Origin: a virus
Lineage: Duplodnaviria > Caudoviricetes
Direction: 5' to 3' (one strand)
Virus record (IMG/VR): IMGVR_UViG_3300027374_000001
Length of the DNA: 64,000 bases
This document shows, piece after piece, positions 49,374-57,935 of this stretch (positions within the stretch are counted from its first letter, which is position 1; the number at the start of each line of letters is the position of its first letter). Position numbers and translations under genes: made by a program. The notes beneath the pieces are model-generated. The model was not told where the DNA came from. It searched no databases and worked only from the letters and a program-made list of their open reading frames with translations.

Positions 49374-49907
49374 TTAATAAATATTAGTTTCGTTTCTGTA
49401 TTTAAAATAGTCATTATTTTCATATGGTATGACTAGTTTTACTCCCGATATCACATCTTGATCTTCTTCCCTCCCAAGTAAAATATTACCTAATTCTGGG
49501 TATTCTATTTTAAAGCCTTCAATAGTAATATACGGTTCACAATTATTATCATGAGTTATACTTACATTTTCTGCGGGTATCGTTATTTCTCTTTCCTCGT
49601 CCCCATTTAGTGCGTATACTGTGTAATTACCTTTATCGTGCTTATAATAAATCGGTTCCTCTGCTTCTTTATCGTTCATATTCTTAAGATAGTATGATTC
49701 ACGATAATTATAGTAAGACACCTCTATTTTATCATTACAGATAGTCAAAAACAATATTAAAATAATAATGGTAATCATAATGCTAACTAAAAGACGATTT
49801 AGCGTACTCAAACGCCGTGCTATATTATTACATTTATACCCGTATATATTATTAACTATACATTGTACAATCGCATAAACTATAAATATCCCCAAAATCA
49901 AAACCAT
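49374..49907 (-). CDS. membrane protein (two N-terminal TM segments)
   Basis: Hydrophobicity pattern. Confidence 0.6.
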   Translation of the reverse strand: MVLILGIFIVYAIVQCIVNNIYGYKCNNIARRLSTLNRLLVSIMITIIILILFLTICNDKIEVSYYNYRESYYLKNMNDKEAEEPIYYKHDKGNYTVYALNGDEEREITIPAENVSITHDNNCEPYITIEGFKIEYPELGNILLGREEDQDVISGVKLVIPYENNDYFKYRNETNIY

Positions 49908-49967
49908 TTTTAATTCCTCCTATACGTCATTTTATATGAATGTCTTCTTAATTATAAAAAATAACAG

Positions 49968-50258
49968 CTACAGGAGATTTCCCGTAGCTGCATATTCTCG
50001 TAAAAATGCTTTCTTCTTTTTATCGTTAAGTGGTATGGGGATTCTAGAAGAACCAGACCAATCTATGTCAAAGGTTTTTCCACAATTACTGCATTTAAAA
50101 TAATAAAACCTTCTAGAAAGTAATTTGTCAGTCTTGCTTTGATCCAGCATTACTTGAAAATACGCTCTTTTATCATGTTCATCATATATATCTAAAGCTC
50201 TTTCCATCATACAAGACGGGCATGTATCTTCTCTAAGATAAGTCATTCCTCTAATCAT
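49968..50258 (-). CDS. zinc-ribbon protein starting MIRGMTY
   Basis: CPSC...CSNC; start 50258 follows GAGGAGG and overlaps upstream stop. Confidence 0.65.
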   Translation of the reverse strand: MIRGMTYLREDTCPSCMMERALDIYDEHDKRAYFQVMLDQSKTDKLLSRRFYYFKCSNCGKTFDIDWSGSSRIPIPLNDKKKKAFLREYAATGNLL

Positions 50259-50958
50259 TTGAAGTTTCTTCCTCCTCCTCTTTGGAAGCAATTTCAAACG
50301 TTGGCCATAGACCGGGATATGTTTTAGAATTTGGAGGGATAGCACAGATAAATCCATTATCTAACAAATCCTCTACAGAATTATCGTCTTCGAGTATAGA
50401 TATAATAGTTTCAATCCATTGCTCTGTTATTATACTATACTTATTAGTATCTAATCTTAAGGTTGAAGCTATTACAGATGGGAGAGTTGGACCCACGTAT
50501 AATTTACGCATAATTTCAGTAACTAACACCGGGACCGCTTGATACAGGATCAATGCGGCTTTCCCCCCGTCGAATTGCTCCAGCAAAACTCTCTTACTAT
50601 AAGAGATAATTTCTACATATGAAGTCACAATAGCTGAAATTAATCTTGCTGCATTGATCGCATTACCGTCAGTAGTCTCAATGCGGTTATACGGTATAAC
50701 AAAAGCTACAGCAAATACCCCATTAGAAATGATAACATCGTTCATAATCTTTTCTATACTTGAATTATTATGAACCGCTATAATCATTTTTATCTCAGGT
50801 GTTGGGTATAAAACCAAACCCCTCACCAATGATTTGGGGTCAATGCCAAAATACGCCTTAGCTATCATTCCGACTTCCATACTAGGCATCTGACTAGCCA
50901 CAGCAGCTGGCTCAGCGCTAAATAAATTCAATATATCTAAAACTACTTTATTAAACAT
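50251..50958 (-). CDS. hypothetical protein
   Basis: Start MFNKV after GGAGGAG. Confidence 0.65.
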   Translation of the reverse strand: MFNKVVLDILNLFSAEPAAVASQMPSMEVGMIAKAYFGIDPKSLVRGLVLYPTPEIKMIIAVHNNSSIEKIMNDVIISNGVFAVAFVIPYNRIETTDGNAINAARLISAIVTSYVEIISYSKRVLLEQFDGGKAALILYQAVPVLVTEIMRKLYVGPTLPSVIASTLRLDTNKYSIITEQWIETIISILEDDNSVEDLLDNGFICAIPPNSKTYPGLWPTFEIASKEEEEETSND

Positions 50959-51769
50959 CTTTCTCCTCCGCATAATAAAATATACCAAAATTATTATTTG
51001 TAATTTTCCTACAAGTGTTTTTAGCCAATTCGCAATAGTCTTTAAACGTATATAATATATCTTCTTTATACGTCACGACTTCTGGTTCTCTCATAAATGG
51101 ACACCCTTCTAAGTCTGGTCTATACATTGAAAATCCCATGTATGCAGTTGGAAACATTATTACTTTGTCTACGCATATCATGATGTGAGACGGGACTCCA
51201 ATATAATCATTTTTACATACGAATTGAACCAAAAATATCCTTTCGTATTCATCATTCATAAAAGAATGAAATCTGTGCATTAGATCCTTAAACTTAAAAA
51301 TCTGTATGGCATTATCTGGATTTTTTATACTCTCATATCTATCCATGTATTTTTGCTTTTCTGTTATGATGCTCGTATTGGATTTTTGATGCTGTTCGTC
51401 TCCATTCTCCATGTCTTCATCAAACAACGAGTTCCAATATGGATTTTTTTCAGCAGCAGTAGATATGAAAATCGTAATATCCTCTCCCAATGATAAATTA
51501 TAAGATTTCGCAAATTCATCAATTAGAAGAGGAATTTTATCTACAAACTTTCCGATTTCCCCTGGGTACTCGAACAAGTCAGGTGAATTATCTCCAAATG
51601 CTATAGATATCAGTTTTGGATCCATTGTTTTTCGGCTTTCTATAAGCTTAATCTTTTCATTGGCGCACCCAACTGCAATCAAACATGAAGAGTACGCCAT
51701 TAGTACATTGAAAGCCGTATTTTGGATTTGTCCCACCGTAAATTTACTATTGATTTCGTAAGTTTCCAC
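50951..51769 (-). CDS. hypothetical protein
   Basis: GTG start, GAGG RBS, operon context. Confidence 0.65.
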   Translation of the reverse strand: METYEINSKFTVGQIQNTAFNVLMAYSSCLIAVGCANEKIKLIESRKTMDPKLISIAFGDNSPDLFEYPGEIGKFVDKIPLLIDEFAKSYNLSLGEDITIFISTAAEKNPYWNSLFDEDMENGDEQHQKSNTSIITEKQKYMDRYESIKNPDNAIQIFKFKDLMHRFHSFMNDEYERIFLVQFVCKNDYIGVPSHIMICVDKVIMFPTAYMGFSMYRPDLEGCPFMREPEVVTYKEDILYTFKDYCELAKNTCRKITNNNFGIFYYAEEKDV

Positions 51770-51778
51770 AATACACCT

Positions 51779-52060
51779 CTAATTTATTAAAAACGGATTA
51801 AAATCATCAATATCCTTTTCAATAACCGGCAGGTCTCTTTTAATTCCAAAGTAAAGACCATTTTTTTCCACATCATACAAAGTTTTACATTTTTTACATG
51901 ACAGCCATATCTCTATTTCATCATCGATATTTCTATCTATAACGGGTATACCATCCTTGCTAAGATTTGAAATGCTTTTTTCTACACTTACCAAGTGTAG
52001 CTTTCCTCCACAGTTTGGACACTGATTAGCGTCTAAATAAATCATTCCTCTTTTGAGCAT
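51779..52060 (-). CDS. zinc-ribbon protein starting MLKRGMIY
   Basis: CPNC...CKKC. Confidence 0.65.
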   Translation of the reverse strand: MLKRGMIYLDANQCPNCGGKLHLVSVEKSISNLSKDGIPVIDRNIDDEIEIWLSCKKCKTLYDVEKNGLYFGIKRDLPVIEKDIDDFNPFLIN

Positions 52061-52061
52061 A

Positions 52062-52316
52062 TTAGATTACCTCCCACTGACTATTATGGTTGGTATATTT
52101 CATGTCCTCTATATACCCTTCAGCAACAATTTTTGAATCTGCAAAGGAATTACTTGGTAACGAAGATATATCAGTAAAGGGTTTCCATGACCCATTGGAT
52201 AATACTTTACCCGGGTTGAAAACCCTTCCAATAGTCTTCTCTATCTCTAATCGTTGTTGATATTGTTCTCTAGAATACAAAAAGTATCTGTAAGTCTTCT
52301 TTGACTCGTTTGCCAT
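52062..52316 (-). CDS. hypothetical protein
   Basis: GGAGGAG RBS. Confidence 0.6.
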   Translation of the reverse strand: MANESKKTYRYFLYSREQYQQRLEIEKTIGRVFNPGKVLSNGSWKPFTDISSLPSNSFADSKIVAEGYIEDMKYTNHNSQWEVI

Positions 52317-52358
52317 TTCAGTACTCCTCCATCCGATTTTAGTGGTTAATAGAATGTA

Positions 52359-54089
52359 CTAAAAATACAACATTCCTCTTGTCAATTCATTTTCAATAAC
52401 AACAACTGGTTCCATTAGAGACTTAAACATATCTTTCGCATCGTCCAATAATGCCATTCTACTGTTATCAATGGGAAATCCCAATTCTCTTTTAAACAGC
52501 ATAGCTTCTTGGAATCCACACATTTCCTTATATTGTCTTAGCAATTCATCAGATTTCTCTCTCCAAGTATTCGGCTCTTCATAATCTGATAACGATGTCC
52601 CGTATAGTTCGCCATACGGGCAAAGCATACCCGTTAACCCTGGGTCTGTAGGAGACGCTGTATCTAAATCAACTCTCCCTAGATGTGACGGATGAACCCT
52701 TCTGAATGCCGGCGGTACAGACGAACCTTTGTTATTTGATTCTTCTCCTATTCCAGCTACCCCCTTATAAGTGAATTTTAATGCATGAATAGCGTCAAGG
52801 TCATTCACTGCATTCTGGTAATTAACCAGTTTATCTTTTGTGATTTGTTTAAGGAGATAGTCTGGATATATATTAATGGCTTTAATCAACTGGTCTAAGG
52901 TAACCTTTCCAGAGTCTGCTATTCTGAATATTCCTCTCGACATCTTCATAGCGTACAAAGCAGCTATATAATCAGGATACCTAAGTTTCTTAAAAGCGAT
53001 GTCAAAAATATCTTTTTGCCTCAATGCAGAGAATTCCCTTATCGCCCATAATAATAAAGTATAAATAGTATCCTTGTCTTCATATGGTAAATGAATATCA
53101 CACATGGTAGCAAGGTCGTATATCGATTCAAATGAATCCAATATGGATAGCCCTTTGCGTTCTGTCCTCTTCCCAAACTGTCCACCTAGTACAGACATCC
53201 AATATTCTGTACTAAAGATATTATTTATATTAGCATCTTTACCAATGCAATTAACTATGGTATACATCAAAGATTGAGCAACTTGGTCTTCCTCATAGAT
53301 AAACTTGGGCAAAGAAACATAAATCCCGTGATTTTCTGCAACTATTCTATCTGAATCATTAGGATCATACGATTCGGATACTCGTAAATCCCACACCTTA
53401 AATATTTCAGAAGTCCTGTAAATGCCAAATCGAGCCAAGAAATATATAAAAATAAGCACAGGCTTATTAAATATTCTAGATAAAAAGAAAGTACACGGTA
53501 TAACCCCATGACTTACTGTATCCAGTTGCTTTCTGTACCTGTATAAACGTATAGCCATAAAAACTGTTTTGGTGGTTACATTTTGATTCTTTGAATTTGC
53601 AGACGACGTATTGTTATACGTAGAGCCATCTACAACCTGAAACATAGAAGAATATATATTACCAAATATCTTAAAGTAATACTTGTCTACTATTCTTGGT
53701 ACTTCTATTAATACGCGTAACCTCTTCGTATTTTCAGGATTATCGGGATTCCCATCATAGACCCTGATATAGTAATTCACTATCAATAACTTAATCTCAG
53801 AATCCTTTAGATTTACATAATTATATCTGTTATCTTTATCGTCTTTAGCTCTATTGCTTGTGAACTCGTCTCTACGGAGCTCATTTAAAATTTCCTCATA
53901 TCCCGTTTTAATCTCAAAGCTTTCTACCTTAATCATAAAGTATCTATCTCTCTGACAAGACAGAATAACTTTCTGCAATTCTGTAATGATATCGTCATCA
54001 GAACGATAGAAAAATGCCGGATTAAAATCCTCTCTGAACTCGTCAGAAAATTCCCTAAGAAACGACGCTTGATTTAAATGTGTTTTCAT
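52359..54089 (-). CDS. multisubunit RNA polymerase beta N-terminal subunit
   Basis: RRVHPSHLGRVD....DPGLTG (cf. RpoB RDVHPTHYGR...GL), YFKIFG....FQ. Confidence 0.8.
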   Translation of the reverse strand: MKTHLNQASFLREFSDEFREDFNPAFFYRSDDDIITELQKVILSCQRDRYFMIKVESFEIKTGYEEILNELRRDEFTSNRAKDDKDNRYNYVNLKDSEIKLLIVNYYIRVYDGNPDNPENTKRLRVLIEVPRIVDKYYFKIFGNIYSSMFQVVDGSTYNNTSSANSKNQNVTTKTVFMAIRLYRYRKQLDTVSHGVIPCTFFLSRIFNKPVLIFIYFLARFGIYRTSEIFKVWDLRVSESYDPNDSDRIVAENHGIYVSLPKFIYEEDQVAQSLMYTIVNCIGKDANINNIFSTEYWMSVLGGQFGKRTERKGLSILDSFESIYDLATMCDIHLPYEDKDTIYTLLLWAIREFSALRQKDIFDIAFKKLRYPDYIAALYAMKMSRGIFRIADSGKVTLDQLIKAINIYPDYLLKQITKDKLVNYQNAVNDLDAIHALKFTYKGVAGIGEESNNKGSSVPPAFRRVHPSHLGRVDLDTASPTDPGLTGMLCPYGELYGTSLSDYEEPNTWREKSDELLRQYKEMCGFQEAMLFKRELGFPIDNSRMALLDDAKDMFKSLMEPVVVIENELTRGMLYF

Positions 54090-54724
54090 TAACTGTCTTC
54101 CTCCGATACACCAGTAAGTTTTACTTCTATAGTCTTCCCTATTGGATTTGGTACTGTTGAGGATTTATCTTTTAATGATATCGATGCTTCGATGTCTAAT
54201 GCCTCACACATCCGTTTAAGCATTGCCAATGAAATCGTAGGCTTATTAAATAGTCTCTTATCATTATTAAAGTTTGCTCCGAATCTAGGAGCGTATTTAT
54301 CAAGATCTATCCCCTTGCAAATTACGGCCTCTTTTAATGCTTTCATTTCTCCAGCATCATCATCAAATATCTTGGGCCTGAATATATCGTCAGGGTCAGG
54401 TGCCATCAATATATCTCTCTCCAACCCTCTCACCATATCTTGCTTTTTTATCAATTCCCCTATAGAAGAGTTGTTTTCCAAATCAATTATATTCTTATCT
54501 GAAAACTCGCTGGTGTCTTCTGGTAAGTTTAACACATAAGACATTCCGGATTCCACAGATATACAAGTACCCGTTTCATTCGATTGAGTTTTTATCGGAA
54601 GCACTAATCCGTTTTCTTTATCATGTATTGCAGTATATCTAGGCAAGTATAATTCCTTATTGTTAATATACTCTTCTAATGATACTACGTCGTACATGGT
54701 ATCTCTTATCTTCACTTTATTCAT
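54089..54724 (-). CDS. hypothetical protein with C-terminal HTH-like segment
   Basis: PTISLAMLKRMCEALDI resembles the Xre HTH end; start MNKVK. Confidence 0.5.
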   Translation of the reverse strand: MNKVKIRDTMYDVVSLEEYINNKELYLPRYTAIHDKENGLVLPIKTQSNETGTCISVESGMSYVLNLPEDTSEFSDKNIIDLENNSSIGELIKKQDMVRGLERDILMAPDPDDIFRPKIFDDDAGEMKALKEAVICKGIDLDKYAPRFGANFNNDKRLFNKPTISLAMLKRMCEALDIEASISLKDKSSTVPNPIGKTIEVKLTGVSEEDS

Positions 54725-54797
54725 ATTAAGCCTCACTTTACTAAAAATAAAACAGGGAGACATTTATTATGCCTCCCCGAATTTTTATCAAAGATTA

Positions 54798-55394
54798 TTA
54801 TGCAGCTTTCTCTGTAGCTTCGTCATCCTTAATGATGCGCTTCATAGCTCCATCCGGGAGGAACGACTTAACCACCTTTCCATCTTCAACAGCCGCACTT
54901 GCCATGAAATACCCCTCGTGCTCTACGATGAAATCCTCTTTTTCCTTCGCATTTGTTTGCAAAAGGTCACTCATCAGATTGGCGAATATTGTACCAAACT
55001 TGGCACAGGTATCGGACGTCGGGAATTTAACCCTGAACATCTCGAATCCTCTCTTGTTGATAACTGCACACATCTGTGGGTCATAAACATCATAGCGCTT
55101 TTTACCATCAAGGTCAGCCGGGTCAAATGTCCAATAATAGTTCCAGTTCCCCTGTCCTTCTCCATCGCTGTTATCATTGTACTCTACAATAGCTGCCATA
55201 ACCGGGTCACCTTTAATATTAGGTACAACAATTGCTGTTGGGGTGTCCTTTGTTTTAACCACAGCCAATGCATCTGAAACGCCGGCAACGAAGAGCTCAG
55301 CAAATCTCTTGATATCATCTGCCTCTAACAACAAACCTGTAGCCTTTGCTTCTGTGATAAAGTTCTCCGGTACACTTGTCTCTGTAAATTTCAT
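54798..55394 (-). CDS. hypothetical protein, possibly HU-like DNA-binding
   Basis: C-terminal KVVKSFLPDGAMKRIIK loosely resembles HU; high-expression codon bias. Confidence 0.35.
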   Translation of the reverse strand: MKFTETSVPENFITEAKATGLLLEADDIKRFAELFVAGVSDALAVVKTKDTPTAIVVPNIKGDPVMAAIVEYNDNSDGEGQGNWNYYWTFDPADLDGKKRYDVYDPQMCAVINKRGFEMFRVKFPTSDTCAKFGTIFANLMSDLLQTNAKEKEDFIVEHEGYFMASAAVEDGKVVKSFLPDGAMKRIIKDDEATEKAA

Positions 55395-55482
55395 GTTTCT
55401 TTTCCTCCTAAACGTTTAAGATATTTGTAGTTTTCTACACAGATATAGTATATGACCACATCTGCATTTATAATGAAGTTGA

Positions 55483-57846
55483 TTAACTTGTATAATTGGA
55501 AAAATGCTCTTCCAAATCATTTCTGGTAATAATCGGCACCCCATATTTATTGGCATCTTTATATTTCTTTCCTGTATTGTAACCTTCATAGGGAACAACT
55601 AAGAAAGTTGTATCCTTTGTAACTGATCCCTCTGACAAATCCACTCCTGCCTCTACAAGTCTACCAGCTAAGTCTTTATCTCTAAATCCGGTGAATCGCA
55701 TCTTTACTGATTTGCTTCCATAGGTAATCTTATACCTAACGTGATCCCTTATATACATAAGATCTGCTATATAGTCCGGAATCTCGTAACAAATCGTTTG
55801 AGCTATCTTTTCTCCTATAGATGGAATATCTACAAGTATATACCATATATCGTCTACTCCATCTATATAATTAAGATCAGCTAACTCAATAAGCTGGTGC
55901 AATGTGATGACAGAAAATATCTTTTTCCAAACTGCGGCAGCACAATTCGTAAACCCGAGAGCCCCAACTAAAACATAGTCTGGCAACCCCTTAACTTTCA
56001 ATTCTTCAATTTGAGCTATTAACGATTGCGCGGTTAATGGTCCAAGGAATTCCACATCTTGTAGCTTCAATTGCATAAGTTCATGAAATGAGTTTATATT
56101 AAGCTGATTTATAGTTTCTTCAGCAAACCCATTAAACTGGAGCTTAGCCATCATATTCGTGAGCTTCTTCCTCATCACTGCTTTGCACTTTGGATTTGGA
56201 CATCTGGCGGAGGAATCTGTAAACTTGAGTTCAGTATTGCATTCCGGACAGAATTTCGGAAACTCTATTATAGGATTAGGATTATTATCATTCTCTATAC
56301 AATCTGCCTTTGTTACATATGGCATGACGTCGTTTCGATAGGTGACATCGATTAAATCTCCTTTCCTAAGAGATAAAGTTTTAAATCTTCCATATGAGTG
56401 CCCAGAAGATTTTGGATGAATGGAGCCAAAAAACTCCACAGGATCATACCAAATCCGTGGGGTGATGACCCCATTCTGCCCAACTTCAAAGGTATAATGA
56501 TCAAACCGGGTCCTTCTGACCAGCGGCTCAAATTTTAGGGCTATCGTATATTTATTAATAAACGATTTTCTGCCCAATGCTTGACGAATTCTTGGATCAA
56601 GATATGATATAACAATTCCGTCATACATAAACGGAATAAGCTTTCTCATATATTCGGCTTCTTTAGAGTACTTATATACTTGATATAGTACACTTTCAAA
56701 ATTCCCACTTATAACTGAATACCTAAGTAACTCGGTTCTTGTAAGGAATTTATTCATGAACTCTATTTCTACAAGCCTGTCTATATGCTGTCCGTTTTCG
56801 TCAACTAAATCTGTAGCCAGTGGTACTAGAGTAATTAGCTCTCTGTAGTTATACGCGTCTGAAGAACCTATCCAAGAAATAATGGCTGTTCTCCCATTAA
56901 TAAAGTCTCTTCCTTTAGCTTCTGAGTATTTTTGCAAATTATAGTATGTCATAATAGCTTCAAATTTGACATTGATCTCCTTGTTCAAAGGCAATGCTCT
57001 AGGCATCCTATACCCTTTCAAAATAGGAGTCAAATCAGATGCTAAATCAGCTTCAGTATCTCCACGTGTCCCGGCTCGAACAATTTTATCATTGAATATT
57101 GTAGCTTCTATTGATACTCCGTCGTACTTCAGTTCCAAACACACATCAATTATTTCATTTGGATTTATCAATCCTTCCTCTATGTGTTTTGCAAAGAAAT
57201 CTCTTTCTACGATCTTTACAGTTGGATCATCCAATAACTTTGGATCTGTATTCCTTGCTTGAGAAACTAAACAGAATTTGCATTTATCCAAAGTTCCAAC
57301 TAATTCTGGATTCGCATGTGTTGTATTTCTAATTCTTTTTGTAACTGTATTATCATATGTCATACCCGGATATAGAGATACTTCCGGGTTGAACGGAGCA
57401 TTATGATATAAGTCCTCGAAGAATAATGAGTTCTCAAAGAACTTATTGTCATAATCACTATTCAAATATTCCATTCCCTTAATCATTACAGTTTCAGATT
57501 TCTTTTCCACTGTATCTTTAAATCGTACTGGTATTGCACCTACTACATCTTTACCAGTATAATAATGGTAAAAGGTTACCAATTTATCATAAATACCATC
57601 TTCCAATAATAATGCACTTGCATTTGTATTATTATACAATATATTTGATATAATCAAAATATTACGTACATTATACTCTATAGTAGACGGAAGATTACAA
57701 GGTAAGATTGGTCCTCTTAATAATGACACGACATATTCGTTAATTTGGGAACTATTTGAAAGCAATTCGTTACGCCAATATTCAATGCGCTTTCCTTGCT
57801 GCCAGTCTCTAATGATTTGACTCAAGTCTAAGCTCAAAGAATTCAA
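55483..57846 (-). CDS. ligA: NAD-dependent DNA ligase
   Basis: ELKYDG adenylation motif, TRGD, DGIV, ALKF, CPEC..CPNPKC zinc finger, C-terminal BRCT (FTG...SVTKDT..LV). Confidence 0.93.
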   Translation of the reverse strand: MNSLSLDLSQIIRDWQQGKRIEYWRNELLSNSSQINEYVVSLLRGPILPCNLPSTIEYNVRNILIISNILYNNTNASALLLEDGIYDKLVTFYHYYTGKDVVGAIPVRFKDTVEKKSETVMIKGMEYLNSDYDNKFFENSLFFEDLYHNAPFNPEVSLYPGMTYDNTVTKRIRNTTHANPELVGTLDKCKFCLVSQARNTDPKLLDDPTVKIVERDFFAKHIEEGLINPNEIIDVCLELKYDGVSIEATIFNDKIVRAGTRGDTEADLASDLTPILKGYRMPRALPLNKEINVKFEAIMTYYNLQKYSEAKGRDFINGRTAIISWIGSSDAYNYRELITLVPLATDLVDENGQHIDRLVEIEFMNKFLTRTELLRYSVISGNFESVLYQVYKYSKEAEYMRKLIPFMYDGIVISYLDPRIRQALGRKSFINKYTIALKFEPLVRRTRFDHYTFEVGQNGVITPRIWYDPVEFFGSIHPKSSGHSYGRFKTLSLRKGDLIDVTYRNDVMPYVTKADCIENDNNPNPIIEFPKFCPECNTELKFTDSSARCPNPKCKAVMRKKLTNMMAKLQFNGFAEETINQLNINSFHELMQLKLQDVEFLGPLTAQSLIAQIEELKVKGLPDYVLVGALGFTNCAAAVWKKIFSVITLHQLIELADLNYIDGVDDIWYILVDIPSIGEKIAQTICYEIPDYIADLMYIRDHVRYKITYGSKSVKMRFTGFRDKDLAGRLVEAGVDLSEGSVTKDTTFLVVPYEGYNTGKKYKDANKYGVPIITRNDLEEHFSNYTS

Positions 57847-57935
57847 TGACTATCACTCCTTTCACTATTATATTATATATTTACTTTACAATTTAAAAAA
57901 TAAAAGGGAAAGACGTTTCCATCTTTCCCTCATTA

